A stretch of 64,000 nucleotides of DNA from Chrysomallon squamiferum (taxonomy: Eukaryota; Animalia; Mollusca): NCBI GenBank assembly GCA_012295275.1, contig CM022670.1, forward strand, positions 31,558,001 through 31,622,000, in the 5' to 3' direction. The position numbers and the translations under genes were made by a program. Within the stretch, counting starts at the first letter, position 1. Each line of letters begins with the position of its first letter. Below, piece after piece: positions 39,293 to 51,402 of the stretch. A model generated the notes under the pieces. It was not told where the DNA came from. It saw nothing but the letters and a program-made list of their open reading frames with translations, and searched no databases.

Positions 39293-40144
39293 GTTATAAC
39301 AAAGTTTGTTAGAAATAATTATAAATGAGATCATGAATAAATAAATGAGTAAATTATCATCAGGTTGTTTAATTTTTCATCGATTTAAAAAGTAGGTCAA
39401 CTAAAATGTTTCCGTCTTTGATAAACATTTTTCTTGTATATTACTGATCATTCAGCGATATCATCATACCAATAATAATAATAATAATGCCTAATTAATA
39501 GTATCAGTAGTAGTAGTTGAAGTAATAATGATAACAATCGTAATAATAGCAGTAATAAATACTACTACTACTACTACTACTACTACTAATAATAATAATA
39601 ATAATAATAATAACAACAGAAGTGAGAGAGGAGAGAGAGTTACGTTTAGCCTGCTTGTTTGATCCTATGTGGACTATAGAATTACAGACAGTTAATCAGA
39701 ACTACAAACAGAAAAATATTTACACAAACCTCGTCTTGTTTCTTCTCAAATCGCCTTTCCTTCAACGTTTTTAAGTAAAATCCATCTGTTGTTTAAAATC
39801 TCATTATATTGATCTGGTAACCGTATCAGATTATTGACCAATGTGTCTGCACTGAGGTGACTTGCTATATCGAATTCAAATTGTAAACTAGTAATATCTT
39901 TGACGATAAACGAAGAGAGACGGAGGGTCGAATGAATTGAGAGAAAACGTCTAATAATTTTTTTTTAAATGTTCCATAAATTTCTTCCTGCAAATTTTAT
40001 TTATTGTAAAAAAAAAAAAAAAATTATGTTAAGCGCTCGGTGACTCCTGCATGAAAATCTATGGTTTAAAAAGACAAACAAAAAACACCCCAAAACAACC
40101 AAACACAACAAAACAAAAACAAAACAATAATAAAAAGTTATACA

Positions 40145-40190
<46 letters not shown>

Positions 40191-40889
40191 GCAATAAAAA
40201 AAAAAAAAAAACCATAATAACCAATAATAATAATAGTAAATTTTAATAACAGTAATAAATAAATAAATAAAAAAAGGTTTACTGACAAAACAGCTTCATA
40301 ACATAATTTGAAACTGAAGCAAAACTCCTTATCTAAAGTGCCAGAGAATTAATAATTCAGAATTATCCATGTATTTCAACTGTTCAGTTAAAATAAATAA
40401 TAAATAAATAAATAACATAATAAGAAGAAATTTAATACATTAAATTTTATTTCTTTAAATAAAAAACACATTTCCAACAATCTCTTAAAAACCATTATTC
40501 AATAAGTAATGAAAATATATTTTAATTATTTAAAAATGTTTATATAAGAACAAAGAATTTAAAACAAAAGTGCAGAAGAAAATAAATTTTGGCTCTCTTC
40601 CATTAACTTCACCTAAAAAATAATTATAAATAAAAATAAATACTGAATAAATAAAATAAAACAGATAAGTTCAGTAAAATAAAATGAAATAATAAAATAA
40701 AATAAAATTATTTAAAATAAAATATAATAAAAATAATATAATAAGAATAAAATATAATAAATCAGTTTAAATAAAATGAAACCAAATAAATGTTTTATCC
40801 AAAAAAAGGTATCTTCATATTATGTGCATATTAACATAATTTATTATATTTGCTGTTTGTTGACAGACAGACAGAGATGTAGATATAGA

Positions 40890-40924
<35 letters not shown>

Positions 40925-41077
40925 TCTAAAAAAGAATATTATAATAAAAAAAGATGATAACAAAAATATTTTGACATGTATCGGTATTACAGCTACAATG
41001 AATAATTAAAATGACACCCCTCTAAAAAACAAGCCAAAAAATAAATAAATAAGTAAATAAATAAAGTAAAATAAATA

Positions 41078-41870
41078 CCGTTTATACTTGTGTATAAGTC
41101 GAATTTTTGGGAGACTATATTAAGGTAATATTTTGGGGGTCGACTTATACATAGGTAATGCTTTTGTAGCTGTTGCTGAAGAGTCGCCATTTTGACTATT
41201 TTTTGCTACGGGATGCATCTAAAATAATCGCGGTCTTTCAGCTTTTCAAAAATATAATTTTATCGTATAAAAATTTTTGAAAAATTAAATAACAAAACCA
41301 AATATGAATGTAAAACATGATATTCTTCCGTTTAATGACATAAAAATACATTTTAAAGCGAGAAAACCGTCAGTACGGCGTTATGCCTTACGGCGTCTTG
41401 CAATGATCTAGGAATGCAGACTTCTCTGCCAAATTGCACTAAATATCGGTCGTAATTTCATAAACAAAACTCACTTGTGTAATTGTAAAGAATTTGGTGA
41501 AATAATATTGCAATCGTCATTAATATCCACTACCGACAAATCGACTAAATATAACGGTAAGTTAGATCTCCATGTTAGACCTATTACATTAAAGAGATAC
41601 AATTTATGATACATTTAGGCTATAGCTCGTGTAATACATGCATTTACGTTATTATGGTATGTTCGTGCAAGTTACAGCTCGTGCAAGTTCTATTACAGTA
41701 GGCGTACAATGTAGGCTTTCATGGCACTGTCACACTGGTCTAAAAATAGTGACGGTGCCTGGAATCTACAGTCGACTTATACACAAGTAATACCTAAAAT
41801 GACGCAATTTTTGGTCTTAAAATACACATCGACTTATACATAAGGTCGCCTTGTACACAAGTATATACGG
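41078..41870. mobile_element. Non-autonomous Tc2/pogo-like MITE, 793 bp, between the two SLC51A paralogues
   Basis: TA duplications flank TIRs CCGTTTATACTTGTGTATAAGTCGA ... TCGCCTTGTACACAAGTATATACGG, with internal TCGACTTATAC repeats near both ends. Confidence 0.9.
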
Positions 41871-41901
<31 letters not shown>

Positions 41902-42114
41902 TAAAGCAAAAGAAAAAAGAAAACATTAATGAAACAAATAATTGGATGTTTCCAAAATAATAATAATTACTGGATTTTAGATTACATCCAGGTTTGTAGA
42001 AACATCCTGTGTGGAAACTATATAGGAGGACTTTTTAGACACAAACAGTTTAAATACCATGGATTTTTTTGGTTTTGTTATAAGATTAATATTTTAATAG
42101 GAATTTCTGTAGAT

Positions 42115-42441
42115 CAGGGGTCACCAACCACTTTGAACATAGAGCTACTTCATAGGTGATGCGTCACACGAGGGACTATCAGTTTGTTACACTCTTCTGA
42201 AATAACAAATTCGTTCAGTTTATCTTTAGTTATATATTATTATTAATGATACCCATCTATGTGAAGACACTGATCATGTTAATGATTTCTCACAATAATT
42301 ATCTCCAGTGACCTAACAAGGTTGGATACAGATATTACCAATATACAACGTTTAATTCTATTGGTCTCAGTATATGTTTAAATATTTTAGGAACAGGCCT
42401 GCGGGTGACTCATGTGGTTCTTGGGGGCGACCTGGTGCCTG
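42115..42441. mobile_element. Non-autonomous hAT (Charlie-type) element remnant, 327 bp
   Basis: Ends CAGGGGTCACCAAC ... GTGCCTG, flanked by the 8-mers CTGTAGAT (42107-42114) and CTCTAGAT (42442-42449), a 7/8 match fitting the Charlie NTCTAGAN target site. The right TIR appears partly deleted. Confidence 0.7.
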
Positions 42442-42528
42442 CTCTAGATGATTAAAAATAAATGTAACAGACAAAAATATTTAACAATGGGAAATTTACA
42501 CAAATATTAAGTAATATTGTCTTTAAAA

Positions 42529-42564
<36 letters not shown>

Positions 42565-42673
42565 ATCAAAAGCAAAATGACAAAAAAAATTAACAATAAA
42601 TGACATTAAGGATTACAAAAGAATGGTGATAAAATGTGGCTGAAATAATATTCCCTCTCCCTCTCTGGAAATA

Positions 42674-42934
42674 TTACTGGGCAATTGTATGAACAGTAAC
42701 TGAGTCCTCAGTCTCCTTGTAAACACCATCAGCTCCAAGGTTTTCACAGCTCTCTTCATTGTTCTCTTTCAAACCCTTCTTTTCAGTTTCAGGATCATTT
42801 GTCATTTCTCCAATAGTTTCTGGGATAACCTCCTGGCGTCGGTAATAGCAGCGAGCCAAAATGGCCAAGAGAAACATTTCTCCAATTAAGATCATGTGGA
42901 ATAATGCTGAAATAATAACAATAACAATAACAAC

Positions 42935-42992
<58 letters not shown>

Positions 42993-45320
42993 TTTAAACT
43001 GAATGAAAACAATGTCTATAGCAAGTAAATAAAAGTAAAAGTAAAAACAAACACATTAATTATAAAAATTAAAAATTAAATAAACAAAGTAAATAAATAA
43101 ACAAATAAATAAATTAATATAAAATAAAATTAAATAGAATAATAATAAGAAATAATATTAAGAAACTTTTAAGAATATGTTTTCTATATTACACAGCTAT
43201 CTGTTATTTATTAAAATGAATTACCATTTGCTCTTGCAGCTGTAGAAAGACTTCCTTTACATCTGGGCAAATTGTTTTTCTGAAGTGCTATGAAAATTAG
43301 CTGTTGTATGCCACTAAACAGCAAAACAAATTGAAGATTTAGAAATTTTGGCACCAGATGGTACTGCTGTAAGTACTTCCTGGATGCTCGGTAGACAAGG
43401 ATGAGGCCATACATTGCTACCAGTGTTGAAATAGCACTGATGATAGTAATGTATGCTGATCCACCAGATCCTGAAAACTAAAAACAGCAACTGTTAATCA
43501 AAATAAGCTAGATAAACAGTCACACATAAACAATTTTGTAAAAATTGAAGTTAATATAATGTTAATATATCTAGGTAAGAACTTTCTTCTTATTATTTGA
43601 AACTCCATTAACAATATTGACATTTGCTACAAGAAATGAAAAAAAATATTTTTCACTGACTGCTCAATATATTTCTGTAATAACGTGTTTCACTCATATA
43701 TTTTCATTTAAATATGATATTGATTAATACTAATGAATGTTTCTTAGATATCTTTACATAGAAAGAAAATGACTGTTATAAAATATTTTATAAACAACTA
43801 AGGGAGGTATGATTGGGCACATCACTGATCAAGTTAAACAAGATATCCAACCACTCAGCAGTCAGTTAATGTATGAAATGAAAAGCAAAATGACTCCCCC
43901 TCTAACAGTAATTTTCATCAGAGATGAATGAATGACTCATATTTAACTTTAATTTTTTTCTTTTTTTTTTATCAAATGTTGTGTAAAATCTATGTCTCGT
44001 TGTCAAAGATGACTAATAATTAATTGTAAAGTTAAGTATTTGTTCTTAATTACTCCTCCTTTTGTGTATCGGCCGTCAGTCCATAGAGCTGCTGCGAGAA
44101 ACATCAAGACTGGCCGCAGAAAGGTGACCTGGACAACACACAGCTTGATACGATTGAAATTCTGTCTGTAATTTAAATACTGTCATGTTCTCCTATCAGC
44201 AATTTCATAACATTCTTTGGTATATTTATAACACTTTTATTAACAACCTAATTAATAGTATATAGTTTTACATAAATGTGTTGTTGTACATTGTTATAGC
44301 CTGTAGTACATTTATGATTTACTAGTATTGTATAATTATCTTCAATACATTTATGATATACCAATTATTGTATAATGTACTTTAGTACATTTATGACATC
44401 CCAGTTATTCTTTTTTATATTTATAATATACCAGTGATTGTATAAAGATACTTGTTAAATATATTAGTACATTTAGAGAGATTATTTTGTCTTTAAAAGG
44501 GTTGGTGTTTTATATATATAACAAAAGGGAAATAATAACTGTTAAATAACAAATCAATACCTCAACATATTTTAATGTTAATGGTTATCAGGTATCAAGA
44601 ATTTGTATATAATAATAATAATGATGATGATGATGATGATGATAGGAGTCATTAGTATATATATCTACTGCTGAAAGCTAAATATATTTTATATATGCAC
44701 CTGGTTGGAACAGGAAAGAGCTTAATGGCTAAACTTAAGGACAGATCATGACATGCATCATGCCTCAGGACTCTGTTCTAACTGCCAACTGCTATTCCCT
44801 TTCATGAAAAGTCATATAATATCGATAAAAGTCTTGCTTTAAGAGAGATTTCAAATTTGAAAAAAGAAAAGATTTGCCTCATATACCTAGTTAAAGCAAT
44901 AACTGGACAGCAGCAACAACAGCAGGCCAGTGGTGGACTTCGTAAAGGTATTTTATCTTCAGCCATCCTGGACAACATCTGTGTTGATCCACCATGATAG
45001 ACAACAATCAGTCTCAGAAAGACATGTATGCATATTGCCAAATACCTTATAAAAGAATATTAAAAATATTAAACATATTTGTTAAATTCTGATGTAGCCA
45101 GGTTCTTGTAAAAAAAATAATAACACACATGTACATAAAAGTTCAAGAAACGTTAAGTTATACTTTTTATAATGAATCATTTTGTAACAAATTAAAACAC
45201 TTTATCAACATCAGAACACTTTTGTACAAAACTACTCATAAAATAATGCTTTCTTAAATTAAAACGTTTTATAAAAAACGTAATTTTTTTTTTCATTATA
45301 TAATAATAATAATAAATGAA

Positions 45321-45361
<41 letters not shown>

Positions 45362-47694
45362 ATAAACTAAGAAAATATAAATAATAAAAATCAAATCAAA
45401 ATAATAGTAACAATGATAATAATAATAACAATAATAATGACAACAACAATAATAAATCATAACAAAAAATAAAAGCAGCTAAAAACTAAATTAGTACTAC
45501 TATTACTTCTGCTCCTGCTGCTGCTACTGTTACTACTACTGCTACTACTATTAATAATAATAATGAAAAGCTGAAGAAAAAGAAGAACAAATTTATTAAC
45601 AAAAATAATGAAAACAACAAACAAACAACAAACAAACAAACAAACAAACAAACAAACAATAATAATAATAAAATAAATATTTAAAAAGTAAATAATTTTA
45701 TAACAAAATTATATCTTACACTGATGCCACAAGATCACAAAGCAGTGAAGACCTTGGAACAACAACAGCCAACAAAGCCAGTGAAGCAAACACCTTAAAT
45801 ATTAGTAAAATAAAACTGTTATAATTATAACAAAAATTAAATAAGAGAAAATATATAAGAAATTTAATTTAAAATTTTTTTGTTTTTAATTTATAATTTT
45901 AATCAAAAGAAAAAAAAGAAGAAAAAAAGGTATTAATATTAAAGAAAAATATATTTTAATTACTTATAGAATAATGCTTTTTAAGAGATTTTTAGAAATA
46001 TGTTTTATAATCATACATACTTACATATGTCTTTTTTATTTAAAGAAATAAAATTTAATACGTTAAATTTCTTCATGTTATGTTATGTTATTTATTTACA
46101 CTTTATTAATAGCACTTCATCCTATTTATTTATAATTAAATTTGACTTTTTCAAAAAGTTATAAAATTTACCTACTGGATGGAGTCCAATCTGCCACACT
46201 GAGAGGTATCGTGTACGCTTGCTGGTTACAAACTTGATAAGAAACCAGACATTTTCAGTGAACATAAGCAGAATTAACAAACTGAGACCAGCGCATACAA
46301 CAACTCCAATCAGTTCTGCTGTAGTCAGCTCTGAAATCAAATAAAAGTCATTATAATATATATTTTATTGAACATCTATTATACTGTTTTAGTAACTCAT
46401 TAGTGACACACTTTAATGTCATGTGTATGTTTGTGACCTTATTAATATTGTATAGCTAATTGTGAATTTGTTGTTATACATAGCTAAATATGCATTCATT
46501 TGTTACAATTCTTATAACTTTGTATTACACCAAAACCAAGACCAGTGCAATGCAAAAATAATGAATTATTAATACATTACACTAGACTAGTGCAATTGTC
46601 ATTACATTGTACTATATTTGTATTAATGTAATTAAATTATCAGATGTCAGTGTATTAAATACATAGTTAAAAATATTAATAAATAATAATAAATAAATAA
46701 ATAAAAGCTGCTATAAGTAATAAAATATTTGGTATAATTTATTTATTCATTTATTTATTTTAAAAATATTTACAGTAATGCACTTTACCTGCAAAATAAT
46801 CAACAGCATATGGCAAGATTTCTTTAGCAGTGCACTCTGTATCATTGGAACTAGAAGAACTAGAAACATTTTACAAAAAGTGACGCATTAAGGAAAAAAA
46901 AAAAATAATAATAATAACAGTAATAATAATAAAAAAAAATTAAAATTAAAATTAAAATTAAAATTAAAAAATAAAAATAAAAATTGAAATTAAATAAATA
47001 AAACAATAAAATTAAATTTAAAAAGAAAATAAATAAAGAGTAAATTATCACATTATTAAGGATCATCTTTCAAATATGAGTGAGAAGCCAGCATATACAA
47101 AGAAAATAGATAGGGGCAGGAAATGTGATCATGTTGCAAATATTATGTCAGTGTATTGCAAGTGTAAAAAATAGCAAAGCTAACACTTCACATCATATAA
47201 CTTTATTTTCATGTATTTGTTAAAAAATTATTTATGTAAAATGTACAAGGGCTAATTATATTTCTTTCAGCTTACATTGTGGAAAGATGATGTATAGGTG
47301 ATCAGAGTTGAAGGGAAATAATAAAAAGTGATAAAGGTTTATCAGGTGGGTTTTAAGGATATCCACTGGAACTGATAGCCTCTTCTAATACATATTAACA
47401 CCGCTATATATTTAAGGCAGAATCAAGTGTAGGTAATTTTATTTTCTTCAAGATCTCTTGAATGTTACATTTAATATAAAACAGATGAAAAAAATATATA
47501 TGTATATTATGTAATTAATGCCATATATATATGTATGTACAAATATAGGTATATGTGGGTGTGTGTGTATATGTTAGTGTGTGATGTGTATGTTTCTGGT
47601 ATGCATGTTTGCATATATATGTTTGTGTGTGCATGGGTGTGTGTGTTTTTGTATATATAAATATATGTATGTGTATGTGTATGTATGTATGTAT

Positions 47695-47736
<42 letters not shown>

Positions 47737-47959
47737 ACCTCATATATTAACTATTCAGCATCTTAAACAGTTGGGTAGAGCAATTTTTAATCTTGTTGTT
47801 AAAAGTAATTATTTTGAAAAGGCTGCTAAATTGTAACTTTAATCTACCACTAAGCATTATGTCTATCAGTTTTCTGTAAACTGTGCCACTCGATATACCT
47901 CAAAACTGTTAGTAATTTGACTGTGACAAATAAACATACCTTAGTGCCACTTTTCCCAT
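42674..47959 (-). CDS. SLC51A: Organic solute transporter alpha-like protein, paralogue 2, about 358 aa
   Basis: Exons 47959-47940, 46859-46789, 46330-46176, 45793-45720, 45045-44887 (PPLACCCCCCP), 44165-44054, 43477-43225, 42906-42674. Total 1077 nt in frame. Five internal exon lengths (155, 74, 159, 112, 253) are identical to paralogue 1. Confidence 0.92.
44700..44800 (-). mobile_element. Possible second highly degenerate SINE fragment
   Basis: CTGGTTGGAACAGGAAAGAGCTTAATGG resembles the segment at 9056-9085 and, from memory, the 5' half of the same SINE family. Confidence 0.3.
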
Positions 47960-49362
47960 TATGTTGTCCACTAGTCTGGACAATGGTAATTAGAGCTGGA
48001 TGATCATTCTATGAGAAATACACTATACTGAGATAAGATAAACAACATTAAAAGTGACAACTCATCTGACTTAATTGTAACATTACAAAATTACTTAACA
48101 ACATGAAAGATCCTTAAAACAGACCCTTACTAAACTAGAATTTTCCCCAAAATTAACTATTTCAGCAGTCCAAATACCATCCTAAACTAAACTTTTTACT
48201 TTGTCCTAACACAATGTAAAATTGTTTGAGAAATTCCACTGTTAAAGATTTTAAGATCTTTGAAAATATAAATAGGCAGAGAAAAACCAGAAAGACATGA
48301 GAGTAAATATGCATGCAATTTGCAAATATGTGTTAGTATGGATTTTCATTCCTCTTCCCTCCCTCTCATTTGTACTCTGAATTTTGTAATATAGACACAC
48401 TCATAACATACATTCATCCATTCATCAATACATACATACATACATACATACATATGTACACACGTACATACATACATACATACATACATACACAAATATA
48501 TATTTCATTTATCTGTCATTCCCCCTGTGATTAATGATATATGTGTTAGTTATCTGTCTGCAGATTATTTAATCTCTAGATTATCTCTGTGTGATCAACA
48601 TATAATAACTGAGATAACAAGAAATAATACAGTAAGAAAAATATTAAGCACATATTTATTTTGTTTAATCAAAGTTAAAAAAAATATAAAGGGTGAGAAA
48701 AATCAACAAGGACACAGAACAGAAAGAAACAGAATCCACATACACAATCCTTATATACAGAAAAGCTAAAGAATAGGTGAAGAAAGCAAAAGAAATTGTA
48801 TGGTTTAATATTGAAAGGATATAGTATATTTTGAAATTTTCTCATGACCTAAGTTGTGAAAACAGCTGAGTCAGAGAGCTTTAAAAACCCTGAAGGCTTT
48901 AATTCAAAGAACATTTGACAAATGAATTATATAACAACAAAACTATGTATATACATTAGAAAACACTCAAGATTTTCCATCTAAAAAATAAGCATTCATT
49001 TTGTTACACAAATGTACATTATTGAAAAAAAAAAATTATTAACAATTATGACAGATAAAATTGCTTAGATTACATGTATAAAACTTCCACTGACACACAC
49101 ACACACATATATGCAGACACACATACAAAAATGTTAATTCATCATAAATATTAAGCTCATTTAATAATATAATCATGGATCATAATGAGAAGCTAATATT
49201 TCTATCATAAAAATATTTGGCAGTTGATCTGAATTAGCATAGCCCATCACACTGCAACTTTTTTCATTAAACATCTTTCCTGGTGTGTATGTGTATGTTT
49301 ACATTTGAATATATATGTGTGTGTCTCTGTGTGTGTGTATGCATGATAATTGGATGTTCATG

Positions 49363-49364
<2 letters not shown>

Positions 49365-49423
<59 letters not shown>
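49365..49423. repeat. (GA)n microsatellite
   Basis: Perfect GA run of about 58 bp. Confidence 0.95.
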
Positions 49424-49426
<3 letters not shown>

Positions 49427-49996
49427 AGTAATTACTTTTCATGATGAAGTTATGTTAGTTACTTCTAAAACTGACAACAAGTGCTGATACGTTGTTGTTG
49501 TTTTTTTTAAATACATTTACCTGAAATATAAGGTAGATTAAATAAACAACACATTATTCTTTATTATATTATGATGTTGCTCTCAAAGGAAAACACTAAC
49601 AATAAAGTTATCAAAAGATTATAAACCTAAAAATAAAAGCAACAACAAAAAAAGCATCTTTAATTCGAGTGAAAAATAAATTAAAAAAATCCTCAGAACT
49701 CACCAAATTATTCTGGCATCGTTTTATAATATGTACAGTAAATAATTGTACACTGAATTAAAGCTAGCAGGCTTCATTCCAAGGACAGCGATGCTTAGAC
49801 TAACAAAGCTGAGAACACCTTTTACCTATTTCTTACCAGTTAGACTGATCCAGACTCGCTTGATGGGTGAGTCTAATATGAAATAAAGGAGAAAATTATT
49901 TATACAGATGTCTTCATGTAACGATGAAAATTTCTGTTTTATATAACGTGGACATACACAGATGTACTTAACAAAAGTTATATATATATATATATA

Positions 49997-50282
49997 CAGG
50001 GGGGTACAAACGTAGGTATACAGTTATGAAAAAAGAAAACACTTACAATACTCATTAAATTTATTATTCAAACAAAAGAATGTTGCACAAACATGTAATA
50101 ACAAAAAAATAATAATAATAATAAAAATAAAAAGCTAATATAAAAATACATGCATTTTTATTAATTTAAATAAAATATGGTTAATGACACTCAAAATAAG
50201 AAAAATGAGTCCAACTAATTTAATGTGCTACTAAATTCTCTGATGTGATACTACTGCATACCTACTTTTGCACACCCCCCAC
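49997..50282. mobile_element. Short mariner-type MITE (about 285 bp)
   Basis: Inserted at a (TA)n run. The left TIR CAGGGGGGTACAAACGTAGGTATACAGT matches the reverse complement of the right end ACTGCATACCTACTTTTGCACACCCCCC. The right terminus is eroded. Confidence 0.75.
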
Positions 50283-50752
50283 ACACACAATAACAGTAAT
50301 TATTATTATTACAGAATAACTGAACAGCAAAACTGTTTCAGCTTATATAACCTAAGGCTATGCTAAAGATAAATTTGTTATTTTACAAAGAATAATTTAT
50401 TAATTATGTTTGTTCAAATATTATTCATTATATTAGCATTTCTTTGCATTAAACATTGACCTTTTTCATTATTATGCATAAATAAAGTAAAATAAAATTA
50501 AGTTTTAAAATAAATAAATAAATAAATAAAATAAAAATAAAATAAAAAATAAAATAATGTAAATAAAAATATAATCAGTATCAAAAACAAAACAAGCAGC
50601 AGTAAGTTAGCAACATTTTTCTTTTCATATGTGCAGATGTATAACATAATGTATAAGCCTACTGGAATGTTTAAATTGTATAAATGGGATGAAACTTTCA
50701 TATTAAGGTAACTGTATAAAATTAATGGCATTTACTGTATAAAAGTTGTTTA

Positions 50753-50797
<45 letters not shown>

Positions 50798-50845
50798 TTT
50801 CATATTTATTTATTTATCAGAACAGCAAAAAAGTATAAAAAATGA

Positions 50846-50890
<45 letters not shown>

Positions 50891-51082
50891 TAATATATAT
50901 ACGTGAACATACCCTTTAGAAGTCTTCTCTATAAGATTATAATTACTTATTTGTTACACAATTTATAATAAACTGCTACAAAAACAATATTTGACAATTA
51001 ACAACAGGGGTGTTTTAGAAAATCACTTAATGAGAAAAATGATAAATATAATAAATTTAAAAGTTAAAAAGAAAAATAAGTC

Positions 51083-51154
51083 CTCCCCGGCGGGGAATTG
51101 AACCCCGGTCTCCCGCGTGACAGGCGGGGATACTAACCACTATACTACCGAGGA
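51083..51154 (-). tRNA. tRNA-Asp-GTC: tRNA-Asp (anticodon GUC)
   Basis: Minus strand TCCTCGGTAGTATAGTGGTTAGTATCCCCGCCTGTCACGCGGGAGACCGGGGTTCAATTCCCCGCCGGGGAG: 72 nt, canonical cloverleaf, A and B boxes, followed by a T-run Pol III terminator. Confidence 0.98.
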
Positions 51155-51402
51155 CCGCGAAAACTTATGTCTTCCAATCAATAGAAAAGCAGGTATTGCT
51201 ACAGTAATTATTATGAATATAAAAATAATAATACACGTTTTTATTGTTATATTAATTCGACTAGTTTAAATAATTTTGCTGGGATATTTTATATAGAGGG
51301 TTTGATGCAAAAATTGCAAAACAGTATGATTTGGAAGTTGTCAAAAAAAAAAAAAAAGAATTAATGGTTAGGTGGAAGGTCAAGGTCTTTTTCACGATCA
51401 GA

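Noticed and set aside
40001-40288. Hydrophobic ORFs in the ORF track (also 7683-7913, 9181-9402, 45457-45651, 46860-47066, 47507-47766, 50498-50731)
   Set aside because: They are translations of (AAT)n, poly-A/T and (CA/TA)n simple repeats, not membrane proteins.
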